Shown here: positions 39,114-49,456 of the stretch, in pieces
Numbering within the stretch: the stretch's first letter is position 1
Layout: the number at the start of each line of letters is the position of its first letter
Program-made: the position numbers and the translations under genes
Notes under the pieces: model-generated
Told to the model about the DNA's origin: nothing
Database searches by the model: none
What the model saw: only the letters and a program-made list of their open reading frames with translations
IMG/VR virus record: IMGVR_UViG_3300025715_000009
Coordinates: 96,001-160,000 of that record
DNA length: 64,000 nucleotides
Strand: one strand, 5' to 3'
Source: a virus
Taxonomy: Duplodnaviria; Caudoviricetes

Positions 39114-39537
39114 TTTGATCCCCCTTGTTGGGTTTTTTTAAATTCTGTTTTACTTCTGATGTATAAAAACTATGTTTTTTGTTTTCAATTTCTTCAGCTT
39201 TTTGCATCTCTTGAACTATTTTCCAAGATTCATAGCTTTCTCTACTTACTGTTTTGCCATTAATCTTGTAAAATTTTCCAATAATAGGAAGACCAGAAAT
39301 TGCACAATAATGTCTATCAAATCCGAAAATGTTTAGAATGTTTCCTAGTTGACTGCTTGCTATACTTTTTCCTTCTTCTAATGATGTTTTAAATTCTTTT
39401 AATTGTCTGTTAAATTCTTGATAAATGTTTTCTTCTGATTCTGAAAGTTTTGTTTCTAATTTGTTTTTTAATTGATTGTATCTTAGGAAAATATAAACTT
39501 CTCTTGTTATATTTCCATCTTTATCAAAAATATCCAT
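39106..39537 (-). CDS. Hypothetical protein
   Basis: ORF with YCAISGLP. Confidence 0.7.
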   Translation of the reverse strand: MDIFDKDGNITREVYIFLRYNQLKNKLETKLSESEENIYQEFNRQLKEFKTSLEEGKSIASSQLGNILNIFGFDRHYCAISGLPIIGKFYKINGKTVSRESYESWKIVQEMQKAEEIENKKHSFYTSEVKQNLKKPNKGDQNA

Positions 39538-39545
39538 GTTTTCTC

Positions 39546-39947
39546 CTATACTCTTTTTACAACCTGAATATCATAATTCATAGATGATGATAATAAATAA
39601 CCTGTTGCTATAATATCACCTTTTTTAATATTACATAATGCATCGGTTGTATTCCAAAGAGTTATATTAATGTAATCATTTGTTTTTGAAGATATGACTT
39701 GTTGTAGGACCATTATCCCATTAGATCTTGCTAAACTTTCATTGTTCATAATCATAAAAATATGATTTTCATCAACTGATAATTTAAATTCTAATGAAAC
39801 TATTTTTCTTTCTTTGGGTCTTAAAATTACGTCTTGAATTGCATATAAATCAACATTATTACACCCAAATCTTTTAGATGGAGTATATTTCATAAAATCA
39901 AGAGTATATTGTGGATTTATTTCTATTTTTAAATTTTCTAAAGACAT
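39546..39947 (-). CDS. dut: dUTPase-like protein, degenerate
   Basis: DLYA, LRPKERKIV, SLA..GI, IKKGDIIA fold motifs; catalytic motifs III and V altered or missing. Confidence 0.7.
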   Translation of the reverse strand: MSLENLKIEINPQYTLDFMKYTPSKRFGCNNVDLYAIQDVILRPKERKIVSLEFKLSVDENHIFMIMNNESLARSNGIMVLQQVISSKTNDYINITLWNTTDALCNIKKGDIIATGYLLSSSMNYDIQVVKRV

Positions 39948-40010
39948 ATTTATATTACCTTTATTATATAGTATTAAATATGCATTTTAGAGGTAATATT
40001 TTATGTAATG

Positions 40011-40640
40011 TTATGATATTTTCATATTCTCTTTGGCTGTTGTCAAAAAGTTAAATATGAATTCTTCTTTTTTCATATCACCAGCTTTTTCTAATGGTTT
40101 TAACTTTGGAGCTCTTGATGTATTGCCATTAGAATTATATGCTCCCATCCCATTAACCCATTCAATTAGGTTGTTTCTATCTCTTAAAGATAAATCGCCC
40201 CAAGCATTTTTTATCAACTCTTCTGCTATCATAAAATTACCACCAGAAACAGCATTTCTAATATGAAGAAGAATATCTCTATCTTCACCTTCAATAACAC
40301 TCTCCATAGCATTTGATCTATCAGCTATTGGAAAATATGATTGACCGATTGTTGTCATAATAGTTCCATCTTTTTTATTTCTTTCTATACCACCACCCAT
40401 ACTATGAATTAATTCTTCTGCTAATGCTTTTTTTTGTTCTACTATTCCAGATCCATACTTTTCTTTATTCTCATTAAACAATTTATCTAAGGTTGATCCA
40501 TCTTCACCCATAAGTTGAACTAAATTGTTGTAATAAGTTGATCTTTTCTGCCCAGTAGAAAGAATTATTTTAGCTTCATTAATTTTGTCTTTTTTTTGAG
40601 CTGATAACCAATCACTAAAAAGTTTTGATATTCTTGACAT
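40011..40640 (-). CDS. Hypothetical (possible virion) protein
   Basis: ORF with INE motif. Confidence 0.7.
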   Translation of the reverse strand: MSRISKLFSDWLSAQKKDKINEAKIILSTGQKRSTYYNNLVQLMGEDGSTLDKLFNENKEKYGSGIVEQKKALAEELIHSMGGGIERNKKDGTIMTTIGQSYFPIADRSNAMESVIEGEDRDILLHIRNAVSGGNFMIAEELIKNAWGDLSLRDRNNLIEWVNGMGAYNSNGNTSRAPKLKPLEKAGDMKKEEFIFNFLTTAKENMKIS

Positions 40641-40653
40641 ATTATACCTCTTT

Positions 40654-40899
40654 CTATTTATAATTTATATATGACCAAGAAATTTTATTATCATCTAATA
40701 TATCCAAAAATTCATTCACTCTCATAGAACGAACTTGAAAAATAATAAAATCTCCATTTACTATCTTATCATTTATATGAAAATCATATACTGATTTTGA
40801 CCAAAAAATGTCTTTAAATTTCTGCAATTCTTCTAAAGGAATTGCTATGCTTGTTGTTTGAGCAGTTGGAACTATTGTTTGTTGTTCTACATGGCTCAT
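40654..40899 (-). CDS. Small hypothetical protein
   Basis: ORF. Confidence 0.65.
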   Translation of the reverse strand: MSHVEQQTIVPTAQTTSIAIPLEELQKFKDIFWSKSVYDFHINDKIVNGDFIIFQVRSMRVNEFLDILDDNKISWSYINYK

Positions 40900-41168
40900 T
40901 TTTCTATTATAAATGAATTATTGATTAATGTATCTAAATCCATTGGGTCTTTTTGTTTTGAGGTTAAAATAACAAAGGGTTCATCTTCCATTATTTTAAT
41001 TGCTTCATTCAAATCATCTTTTCTTATGTTGAAACCTTTTGTTTTTAAAATGCCAAATAATTTTTTAGAATCCCAAGATTCAGCTATACATTCACCAATG
41101 TTATTATTTATCTCATCCCAAAAACGAACCTGATAACCACTTTCTTCAACAAGCATTATAAATTTCAT
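40896..41168 (-). CDS. Small hypothetical protein
   Basis: ORF. Confidence 0.65.
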   Translation of the reverse strand: MKFIMLVEESGYQVRFWDEINNNIGECIAESWDSKKLFGILKTKGFNIRKDDLNEAIKIMEDEPFVILTSKQKDPMDLDTLINNSFIIEK

Positions 41169-41515
41169 TTGCTTTCTCCGTACTTTTTTGTAACATAATT
41201 TTTGAATCCTCTACCTGCTCCAACTGCAACAACTAAAGGAGCCCAAATATAAGCAAAAACTTCAAGGAAAGAAACAAACTTAACCATATCAAAAGCATCC
41301 CAAAACGATCCAACAACACCCATTGCAGCAAAAACTATATAACTTACATTAATAATTAATTTAGATATTGATTCTGATTTTGCAGATGGTGGGGTTGGAG
41401 ATGCTTCTATTTCTACTTGGCTTGATTGTTCTCTCAATCTTTGGGCTTGTTCTGATAAAGCATCAGCTCTAGCTCGCATTTGTTCTGGAGTAAGTGATTC
41501 TGTAGATTTTGGCAT
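41165..41515 (-). CDS. Holin-like 2-TM membrane protein
   Basis: Two C-terminal TM segments and a basic tail. Confidence 0.5.
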   Translation of the reverse strand: MPKSTESLTPEQMRARADALSEQAQRLREQSSQVEIEASPTPPSAKSESISKLIINVSYIVFAAMGVVGSFWDAFDMVKFVSFLEVFAYIWAPLVVAVGAGRGFKNYVTKKYGESK

Positions 41516-41520
41516 ATATT

Positions 41521-41561
41521 TCCTCCATTTATATCTTTAATATATCTTTATAAATGGAGGA
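41521..41561 (-). promoter_or_regulatory. 13-bp hairpin occluding the SD of the holin-like gene; loop carries tandem AAGATA
   Basis: TCCTCCATTTATA-aagatatattaaaga-TATAAATGGAGGA-aatat-ATG. Confidence 0.7.
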
Positions 41562-41567
41562 GTAAAG

Positions 41568-41798
41568 TTATGATTGTAGTAATTTTTCTTTAGCATTACT
41601 TGAAGTAATTGCATCAACTACTTCATCTGGCAAAAAGATTTCATTCTTTTCAGCAAATGGCGAATCTACATTATAATGTAATCTGGTAATCCACCAACCA
41701 CCATCTGTTTTAAAATACTCAAATTGATAGATGTCTTTTTCAGTTCTTTTTTCAGAGATATATATTTTTTTATTGTCTTCAATTGTCTTATAACTCAT
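41568..41798 (-). CDS. Small hypothetical protein
   Basis: GCATAT ends 8 nt before the ATG. Confidence 0.65.
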   Translation of the reverse strand: MSYKTIEDNKKIYISEKRTEKDIYQFEYFKTDGGWWITRLHYNVDSPFAEKNEIFLPDEVVDAITSSNAKEKLLQS

Positions 41799-41812
41799 AT
41801 ATTAAAATATGC

Positions 41813-42706
41813 CTATTGTGGTGGCCATTGTACCATTTTAGACGCTGAAACTTCTTCTGGACCCTTTGTGCCAGTAGATATTCTATACATTTCTAATGCC
41901 CAATGTCCATGAGTTTGTTCATATCCAGTAACATCTGGGACACAAATCTGAGCTCTCCACATAAAAAAACTTGGAGATGCATTATCAGAAGCTGATTCTG
42001 TATTTAATTCATCACCCATTGGGGCTGATCCTTCAAAGTTATAATGGGCAAGCCATTGAATAAATGCAATCCATTTATTATTTGTAGGGAGTGTTCGTTT
42101 GGCTACAGTTAAATCCTCTTGAGAAAACTTTTCTATATAACCTGTTCCTGGAGGAGCTACAACAAAGAAATTCATAAATGATCCTTTAGGAGCATTATAA
42201 TAAAACAATGTTCCTTCTTTTATATACACCCAGTCACAAAATCTCCAATCAATTGTTTGCATTTTATATCCAGCAGGAGCATGTTCATTGTCCCATCTAA
42301 GATCATCTGCAGGAGCTGAAAAATCAAATGTAAATGGTGTTCCTTTCCCGACTTCACCTGTTGTTAGATCATCAGCAGCACCTTGAAAAATTGCATCCCA
42401 ATCTGTTTTTCTTGAATCTGATCTTATAACCCATCTTCCCAAGTTATCAACTTCTGTTGGTCGTTGAATCTTTCTAATTAAATCTATTGCTTCAGATTTA
42501 GATAAATCTCTTATACCATCATTTACCTGATAAGATTCTGTTCCAAGCGATATAGCATCTAACAAATCATCTGAAGCTGATAATTCAATAAGTCTAACTT
42601 CATTTCCACCTATATCTAATGCACCATTTGCTGGTATAACTATATCTCCAAGATCTGCTATTACTAAATTTTGATCAGTATAATTTTTAATTATTCTTTG
42701 TGCCAT
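41813..42706 (-). CDS. Virion structural protein (shared IIKN..DLG N-terminal module)
   Basis: N-terminus similar to 42716, 47802 and 50772. Confidence 0.6.
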   Translation of the reverse strand: MAQRIIKNYTDQNLVIADLGDIVIPANGALDIGGNEVRLIELSASDDLLDAISLGTESYQVNDGIRDLSKSEAIDLIRKIQRPTEVDNLGRWVIRSDSRKTDWDAIFQGAADDLTTGEVGKGTPFTFDFSAPADDLRWDNEHAPAGYKMQTIDWRFCDWVYIKEGTLFYYNAPKGSFMNFFVVAPPGTGYIEKFSQEDLTVAKRTLPTNNKWIAFIQWLAHYNFEGSAPMGDELNTESASDNASPSFFMWRAQICVPDVTGYEQTHGHWALEMYRISTGTKGPEEVSASKMVQWPPQ

Positions 42707-42715
42707 ATTTTACTC

Positions 42716-44608
42716 CTATAATCTTCTTCTTACGTATAATGTTATACATGGTTTTTTAGGCTTTGTATTACCAGAGGCTGATAAATATATATTAATATCA
42801 TCTTCGGCATTAAAATCTATATTTAACCAATCAGCGTTTAAATGTTCATCCCACCCTTGCTGATCCCAATATACTGTTTCTACAACTTGGTCGTTAATTC
42901 TAATTTCAACACTTGCATTTGGAGAGTTTTGACATCTTCCACTAATTCCAATTATTACTCCATTCCACGGCATTGAAAAACCAGTAAGAGAGTTAGTTTG
43001 AGCAGATCCATAATACATATATCCAGATGCACTATTATTATTGTTAGAAAACTGTGCAGCCATAGATGAAAAACTAACCCATTTTGCTCTCACAGGATCT
43101 CTAAACCACATTTCTTGATCTTTGAAACAAATCTCTCCACCTGCAAGCCATTGATTTGGTGTATAATCTATCTCTTTTAATTTTAATGGAGCAAATCCCC
43201 CAGAAGCTCTTAATTCAACTGGACCATAATCAACATCAACAATTCTGCCATTGCCCCAATCCCCATATGCTTCATCTAACGTTGATGCTCCACCGCCTAA
43301 ACCAGAATGTGTGTGGAGCCCATCGGCATTACTTCCATTTGTCAATTGTTCTAACTCAGAACCAGTAACATCAGTTGATGAATCATTTGAACTTATTGTT
43401 GCATAAGTAATTTGAGTTAATTTACAATCAACTTGCTGTTTAGTATAATATCTATCATCATGTGTATGAGATAATAGAGAATATTTATTATCTGATTCGC
43501 TTTCCGTATAATATCTATCATCGTGATTATGACTTATATTAGATTTATTAGATAATAAAGTATCAGCCTCTGTTTCTGTATAATAGCGATTATCTAACTG
43601 CCCATTATTAAGCTGTGTCTTAGTATAATAGTTATTGTTTATTTCTATTTCAGTGTAATATCTATCATCATGATTATGGGTAGATGGAGTAAATGTTGCA
43701 GGCTTATCAACAATATCTGCCCATAAATGATTATGATTAAAATCAGTAATATCTGCTTTAATATGAGTATGAGAAAGTGGAGAAGCGCCTACGTCGCTGT
43801 AATTTAATGTTACAACACCTGTTTTTCCATTAACACTTGTCACAGCATCAAGTGGAGTTAATAGTTCTTGCCATGAAGATATGATGCTATAATCAGAAGA
43901 TTTTAATATAAATGATTTATTAATATCTGTTCTAATTGCAATATCACCAATTTCTGCCGCGTTTATATTTAACATGGCAGATTCACTATTAACAACAAAA
44001 GTATCTGTTATAGCAGTTGCTGGTATTTGATTAACATAAATCTTACCAGAAGAATCTAAAGAAGCAAGTCCATTAATTTGGCCTTTTTTAGAGTTTATTT
44101 GTGTATTAATTGTAGTGTTGATATCTGTAATATCATTTGATACGTGTGTGTGATTTGATGGAAGAAAAGTTTCAGGCTTATTTGTAATATCTGCCCATAA
44201 ATGATCATGTTCAAAATCAGTAATATTTGTTTTAATATGAGTATGATTATTTAAAGAATATATAACATCAGATTGTTCTTTTGTATAATACTTATCATCA
44301 TGGTTGTGATCAAAATCAGATATTTCTGTTCTAATATGTAAGTGTTGTTTTTCTGCAAAAATATCTTCTGCAATTGGCTGTAAAAATACTCTTGATTCAT
44401 TTACAGTTAAATCTTTTGATCCATTATTAACTATTATTGAATTAGATTCTATTGTAGTGAAAAGTTCTTCATTCATACAAAATCTTGATAATTCAGAACT
44501 ATCAATTTGAACGTTTTCATTTTTTAGAATAGTTAATCCTAATGAGCTGATTGTGATATCATTATTTGTATTATTTTTTAATATAATCGTCTTCATTATT
44601 TTCTCCAC
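42716..44608 (-). CDS. Fibre protein with HxH/HDDRYYTE repeats
   Basis: H-x-H repeats, VTSVNGKTG, C-terminal module shared with 44596 and 50772. Confidence 0.75.
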   Translation of the reverse strand: MEKIMKTIILKNNTNNDITISSLGLTILKNENVQIDSSELSRFCMNEELFTTIESNSIIVNNGSKDLTVNESRVFLQPIAEDIFAEKQHLHIRTEISDFDHNHDDKYYTKEQSDVIYSLNNHTHIKTNITDFEHDHLWADITNKPETFLPSNHTHVSNDITDINTTINTQINSKKGQINGLASLDSSGKIYVNQIPATAITDTFVVNSESAMLNINAAEIGDIAIRTDINKSFILKSSDYSIISSWQELLTPLDAVTSVNGKTGVVTLNYSDVGASPLSHTHIKADITDFNHNHLWADIVDKPATFTPSTHNHDDRYYTEIEINNNYYTKTQLNNGQLDNRYYTETEADTLLSNKSNISHNHDDRYYTESESDNKYSLLSHTHDDRYYTKQQVDCKLTQITYATISSNDSSTDVTGSELEQLTNGSNADGLHTHSGLGGGASTLDEAYGDWGNGRIVDVDYGPVELRASGGFAPLKLKEIDYTPNQWLAGGEICFKDQEMWFRDPVRAKWVSFSSMAAQFSNNNNSASGYMYYGSAQTNSLTGFSMPWNGVIIGISGRCQNSPNASVEIRINDQVVETVYWDQQGWDEHLNADWLNIDFNAEDDINIYLSASGNTKPKKPCITLYVRRRL

Positions 44609-47470
44609 GCAAACTCTAATACTGATACCGCTTCTTGCAATGATGATCCTGCTGCATTTACATATATAGATATAACATCATTTGCTGAAAAGTTTATATT
44701 CAATGATGAATTAAATACTCCACCAACAATGCCCATAGTATAAGCAGAAGATTCATTAATGCGAATATCAACATTTTTATTAACACTTGTATTAGATTGT
44801 AAAGTAGCACTTATTATTGTTCCATTTTTAGCCATTCTATACCCAGTAGTAGATGTAGGACATTGTCCAACTGGGCGTAGATTTGTTCCATCTGAAAAAC
44901 CATCTTTTCCAAATAATAATGTCTTAGATGGAGTAAGCCATTTTTCTCTACCACCGTCATAAATATATAATTCATTATCAATAACAGCAATTTGACCTGC
45001 TGCTAAATTAGTAGTAGGCGTAGTTGAACGATTAGTTAATTCTAATGGTGAGTTTGTATTTGTAGATTCTATTTTAACTGGAGCTGTTGATATATTAATT
45101 GTCTTGCCTGCATCATATGCGTCTTGTAAAGTTGAACTTATATTTGCAGTTTTATCATTTAATTCTTCTAATGCATCTTGAACATTGTCTGATGTTAATC
45201 CTACTATTTGATCAATTCCAATATATCCAGCACCAGATGTTGAATTCAACTCTGTCTCTGTGTAATAACGATTATCTAATTGACCATTATTTAATTCTGT
45301 TTTGGTATAATAATTATTATTTATCTCTGTCTCTGTATAATATCTATTATCTAATTGTCCATTGTTTAATTCTGTTTCAGTATAATATCTATTATCTAAT
45401 TGACCATTATCAAGCTGTACTTTTGTATAATATCCAGCTAAAAATCCATCAACTTGTAATTTTGTATATATGTTATTATTTATCTCTGTTTCAGTATAGT
45501 AGCGATCATCATGTGTATGTCCGACATCTGATTTATTACTTAATAAATTATTTACTTCTGTCTCTGTATAATATCTATCATCATGAATATGTCCAACATC
45601 TGATTTATTACTTAATAAATTATTTATTTCAGTTTCAGTATAGTAACGATCATCATGGGTGTGAGTAGATAAAGAATAATTGCTTAATAAGGCATTTATT
45701 TCTGTTTCAGTATAGTAGCGATTATCTAATTGCCCATTGTTTAATTCTGTTTCAGTATAGTAACGATCATCATGATTATGGGTAGATGGAGTGAATGTTG
45801 TAGGCTTATTGGTTAAATTATCCCAATGAACTGAAGATAGCCCAGATGTTTGTAGCTCTGTTTCTGTATAATATCTATCATCATGCGTGTGAGTAATATC
45901 TGATTTATTAGAAAGTAAAGTATCAACTTCCGTTTCTGTATAGTAGCGATCATCGTGAATATGGGTTAATAAAGAATATCTCGCGTCACTTTCACTTTCT
46001 GTATAATAAAGATCATCATGATCATGAACAAGAGGTGAAAATAAAGTATCACATTCTGTTTTAGTATAAACTTCAGTTTTATTGTAATAATTATCTAACA
46101 AATCATCTATTTCAGTTTCAGTATAATATCTATCATCATGCGCGTGAGTAGATAAAGAATAATTATTTAATAATGTATCTACTTCTGTTTCAGTATAATA
46201 TCTATCATCATGTGTATGTCCTAATGTTGATATTTCTATTAAAGATGATCCAATTCCTATTTTCCATTTATCATCCGTTTCATCAAATCTTAAAGCTGCA
46301 TCATCTAATGTTCCTCTATCTATTAAAAGACCAGAATATCCATCTGATATACCTGCTCCTGTCTCACCTGAATTAAGAATTATTTCATTATCACTGACAG
46401 TTAAATCTGTTGAATTGATTGTTGTCAATGTTCCTTGAATTGTTACATCACCAGAAAATGTTTTATTTCCAGTGATAGTTTCATTTCCAGCAATATGAAC
46501 ATAATCACTCTCATTAAAATTTGTTATATTAGATTTTGTATGAGTATGATTAGATAGTGAAAAACTTGTTGAATCATATACTGATGATGCTATTTTTGAT
46601 CCATCATATATTAAAAACTTGTTGCTTGTATAAGCAGTGTTATTTGTTCCACCTCTTGCTATAACTAATGTTCCTGAAGTTATATTTGCTGCAGAGTGAT
46701 TGTGAGATGCTGAAGCAAACGATGAATTAGAATATGATGTTGATGCAAGCTTTGTTCCATCAAACGCAATAAATCTTGCTGATGTATAAGTGGTGTTGTT
46801 TGTTCCACCTCTAACAATTGGTAATATACCAGAAGTAATATCATCAGCAGAATGCGTGTGAATAGCTTGAGCAAAAGAAGAGATATTAACTGCTGCATCA
46901 GATAAACTACCATCTGATGTCTGAATTACAAAATTATTAACAACAGGAGAAGATACCTTATTTATTTTACTACTTAAAAAGACATCAGATCCTGTTTCAG
47001 TATAATAGCGATTATCTAATTGACCACTGTTTAATTCAGTTTCTGTATAATAACGATCATCGTGGATGTGAGTAGATAGAGAATAGTTGTTTAATAAAGT
47101 ATCAATTTCAGTTTCAGTATAATATCTATCATCATGGATGTGTCCAACATCTGATTTATTATCTAACAGGTCGTTAATCTCTGTTTCTGTGTAATATCTA
47201 TTATCATGTGTATGGGTGATGTCTGATTTGTTAGAAAGTAGAGTATCAACTTCAGTTTCTGTATAATAGCGATTATCTAATTGCCCATTATTTAATTCTA
47301 TCTTTGTATATATATTAGTATCTATTTCTGTTTCTGTATAATATCTGTCATCATGGTTATGAGCCGATGGAGTAAAGGTTGCTGGAACATTTGTTAAATT
47401 GTCCCAATGAACTAAGGATGATCCTGATGTTGATAATTCATTTTTTCTATAATACCAAGTATCATGATGA
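43420..47470 (-). repeat. Intragenic coding repeats HxHDDRYYTETE / GQLDNRYYTETE
   Basis: Visible as recurring 'tttcagtatagtagcgatcatc'-type units on the + strand. Confidence 0.9.
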
Positions 47471-47787
47471 TGCCATGAAGAGTGGCTGCCACCTGTTAAA
47501 GATTGGGCTTGTTGATCTGTAAGATTATTTACTTCAGCCCCTGGCTCTATTGTATCTAATTTTTCGCCATCTTGACTTACATCTCTTCCATCTATTATCA
47601 TAGTATGAGGATCATTTTGATGCGCAATGGTTCGCATAATAGATGTTGGAATTTGATTATCATCTAATGTACCAGTATGAACAGTTATATCATTCAAAGC
47701 ATGTGGATCAACTTGTATTTCTACTGGGAAGCGTTTAGATATTTTATTAATTCTTACGCCATCTATTGATACGATATCATAAGCCAT
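44596..47787 (-). CDS. Long fibre protein with >20 (H)D[DN]RYYTETE repeats
   Basis: Repeats, RGGTN motifs, shared C-terminal module. Confidence 0.8.
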   Translation of the reverse strand: MAYDIVSIDGVRINKISKRFPVEIQVDPHALNDITVHTGTLDDNQIPTSIMRTIAHQNDPHTMIIDGRDVSQDGEKLDTIEPGAEVNNLTDQQAQSLTGGSHSSWHHHDTWYYRKNELSTSGSSLVHWDNLTNVPATFTPSAHNHDDRYYTETEIDTNIYTKIELNNGQLDNRYYTETEVDTLLSNKSDITHTHDNRYYTETEINDLLDNKSDVGHIHDDRYYTETEIDTLLNNYSLSTHIHDDRYYTETELNSGQLDNRYYTETGSDVFLSSKINKVSSPVVNNFVIQTSDGSLSDAAVNISSFAQAIHTHSADDITSGILPIVRGGTNNTTYTSARFIAFDGTKLASTSYSNSSFASASHNHSAANITSGTLVIARGGTNNTAYTSNKFLIYDGSKIASSVYDSTSFSLSNHTHTKSNITNFNESDYVHIAGNETITGNKTFSGDVTIQGTLTTINSTDLTVSDNEIILNSGETGAGISDGYSGLLIDRGTLDDAALRFDETDDKWKIGIGSSLIEISTLGHTHDDRYYTETEVDTLLNNYSLSTHAHDDRYYTETEIDDLLDNYYNKTEVYTKTECDTLFSPLVHDHDDLYYTESESDARYSLLTHIHDDRYYTETEVDTLLSNKSDITHTHDDRYYTETELQTSGLSSVHWDNLTNKPTTFTPSTHNHDDRYYTETELNNGQLDNRYYTETEINALLSNYSLSTHTHDDRYYTETEINNLLSNKSDVGHIHDDRYYTETEVNNLLSNKSDVGHTHDDRYYTETEINNNIYTKLQVDGFLAGYYTKVQLDNGQLDNRYYTETELNNGQLDNRYYTETEINNNYYTKTELNNGQLDNRYYTETELNSTSGAGYIGIDQIVGLTSDNVQDALEELNDKTANISSTLQDAYDAGKTINISTAPVKIESTNTNSPLELTNRSTTPTTNLAAGQIAVIDNELYIYDGGREKWLTPSKTLLFGKDGFSDGTNLRPVGQCPTSTTGYRMAKNGTIISATLQSNTSVNKNVDIRINESSAYTMGIVGGVFNSSLNINFSANDVISIYVNAAGSSLQEAVSVLEFAWRK

Positions 47788-47801
47788 TCTTATTCCCCAT
47801 A

Positions 47802-48308
47802 TTAAGTGGTAATTGTTTCAATTGAAATTACATCACCATCTAATCTATTTATTATTTGTGTTTCTGTTTGTAAAATAACACCATTTTCATATTGTCTTTT
47901 AATCATCTGAATAACATCACCCTCATTATTACGAACAATTTCATCTTCTCTTATCTTTACAGCAAGTGTATTATCTTTGTAATAAACTATTTTTTTAACA
48001 TCATCATTTATATCTCTTTCTACTTGAAAGAAAGATTGTTCAGATAATTCATGCTTCAAGGTGTTTAATTTCCCATGCTTATACTCTGATAGACCAGTAA
48101 GAGATTGAATTATTTGTACAAGTGTTGCATCTTCATTATCTAACATAAAAGATATTAATGAACTATTATATAATGGTTCTAAATCTTGTGATTGAACTAT
48201 TTCTTGTGGAGAAAAACATTCCAACAAATTAACCTGTTGATTTAATTCTAATTCTAATCCAAGATCATTAATCATAACAGAATCTAAACTTTTTAAAATT
48301 ATTTCCAT
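47802..48308 (-). CDS. Virion structural protein (shared N-terminal module)
   Basis: MEIILK..INDLGL..SQDL. Confidence 0.6.
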   Translation of the reverse strand: MEIILKSLDSVMINDLGLELELNQQVNLLECFSPQEIVQSQDLEPLYNSSLISFMLDNEDATLVQIIQSLTGLSEYKHGKLNTLKHELSEQSFFQVERDINDDVKKIVYYKDNTLAVKIREDEIVRNNEGDVIQMIKRQYENGVILQTETQIINRLDGDVISIETITT

Positions 48309-48727
48309 ACAAACTTTCCATCTTTTATTATATATAAATCACTATTAAAATGATCAATGTATATATTTTCTATTTTATAGTTTTTTACACTTACAACTGT
48401 TTGGAACATTTCTGTCTCTTCATCAACTTCACCACTTAATCCTACATGAAATTGAAAATTACCATTTACAATATCCATTAAATTATCTGTATCCCAATAG
48501 TCATAATGCCAATTTTTCTTATTATAATTATCACCATAAAGTATAAAATTATGACCGCGTATTGTTTTTTCTTTCATGTATACTTTATTCATTATTTGTT
48601 GCATTGAATAGTGTATAGGAAAATAAGTTAACCAATCAGGGTCTAAATCTTGATAACCTTTTAAATTACCAGATAATTCGCCAGAGAAAATCAAATCTAA
48701 TATGATTTTTATATATTTATATCTCAT
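48299..48727 (-). CDS. Hypothetical protein, N-terminal IILDLIF tag
   Basis: ORF. Confidence 0.65.
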   Translation of the reverse strand: MRYKYIKIILDLIFSGELSGNLKGYQDLDPDWLTYFPIHYSMQQIMNKVYMKEKTIRGHNFILYGDNYNKKNWHYDYWDTDNLMDIVNGNFQFHVGLSGEVDEETEMFQTVVSVKNYKIENIYIDHFNSDLYIIKDGKFVWK

Positions 48728-49010
48728 ATAGATCCATGTCCTTGGGATGACGAGAGATATAATTTTTTATATAACCTTTCATCCATGTCTCTCGTCTTTG
48801 TTTGTGAAAATCTTTTTCGGCTTTTTCTGCAAATTTTTCAACTTCATCATTTGTAGTTGTGTGAACAACATCAGACGAAAAATGTATATCTTGTATTTCT
48901 TTGGGTGTTTTCTTTGCTCCCCAAATTTTCTTTAACATTTCTTGTGGTATATTCTTAAAATATATGCTATCTCTTTCACTTGTTCTTGTGAATCCAGGAT
49001 TTGTTGTCAT
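48717..49010 (-). CDS. Hypothetical protein
   Basis: ORF. Confidence 0.65.
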   Translation of the reverse strand: MTTNPGFTRTSERDSIYFKNIPQEMLKKIWGAKKTPKEIQDIHFSSDVVHTTTNDEVEKFAEKAEKDFHKQRRETWMKGYIKNYISRHPKDMDLYEI

Positions 49011-49456
49011 TAAATAACCTCTTTTATTATTTTTCTATAATTTGGATCTATTTTTTTATATTCAACTTCAATTGAATCATTTTCAAGACAATATCCACCA
49101 AAATGATAACAAATTAATCGCATTATTACAGTTGATAGTCCCCATTTTCCTATGGATATTCTCAATCCTTTTGTTTTATCTGGTAGTTTATTATTTTTAA
49201 TATGTAAATAATCATCTGTATCTGTATAATTCCACCCTTCTTGCTTTGCTTTTTGTTTTGCCTTAATAGAATTAATTTCCATATTTTGCATCGTCAATTT
49301 ACGATCTTCACCATAAAAATTAAAATTTATATAGTGTATAAACCTATCACCTATATCTACTTTAGATTGACTTGCTTTATTATCAAATATGTAAATAAAT
49401 TTATATAATGAATCGAGTTTTAATTCAGGACAATATAATATTGTATTTACACTCAT
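49010..49456 (-). CDS. Hypothetical protein
   Basis: ORF ending KIIKEVI. Confidence 0.65.
   Translation of the reverse strand: MSVNTILYCPELKLDSLYKFIYIFDNKASQSKVDIGDRFIHYINFNFYGEDRKLTMQNMEINSIKAKQKAKQEGWNYTDTDDYLHIKNNKLPDKTKGLRISIGKWGLSTVIMRLICYHFGGYCLENDSIEVEYKKIDPNYRKIIKEVI

Noticed and set aside
45099-45668. 189-aa + strand ORF and similar antisense ORFs (e.g. 9428..9850, 55397..55702, 58113..58430)
   Set aside because: Shadow ORFs opposite well-supported genes, with no RBS and no recognisable motifs.
43420-47470. CRISPR-like array
   Set aside because: Repeats are in-frame, vary at synonymous positions and encode protein repeats; there are no unique spacers or cas genes.
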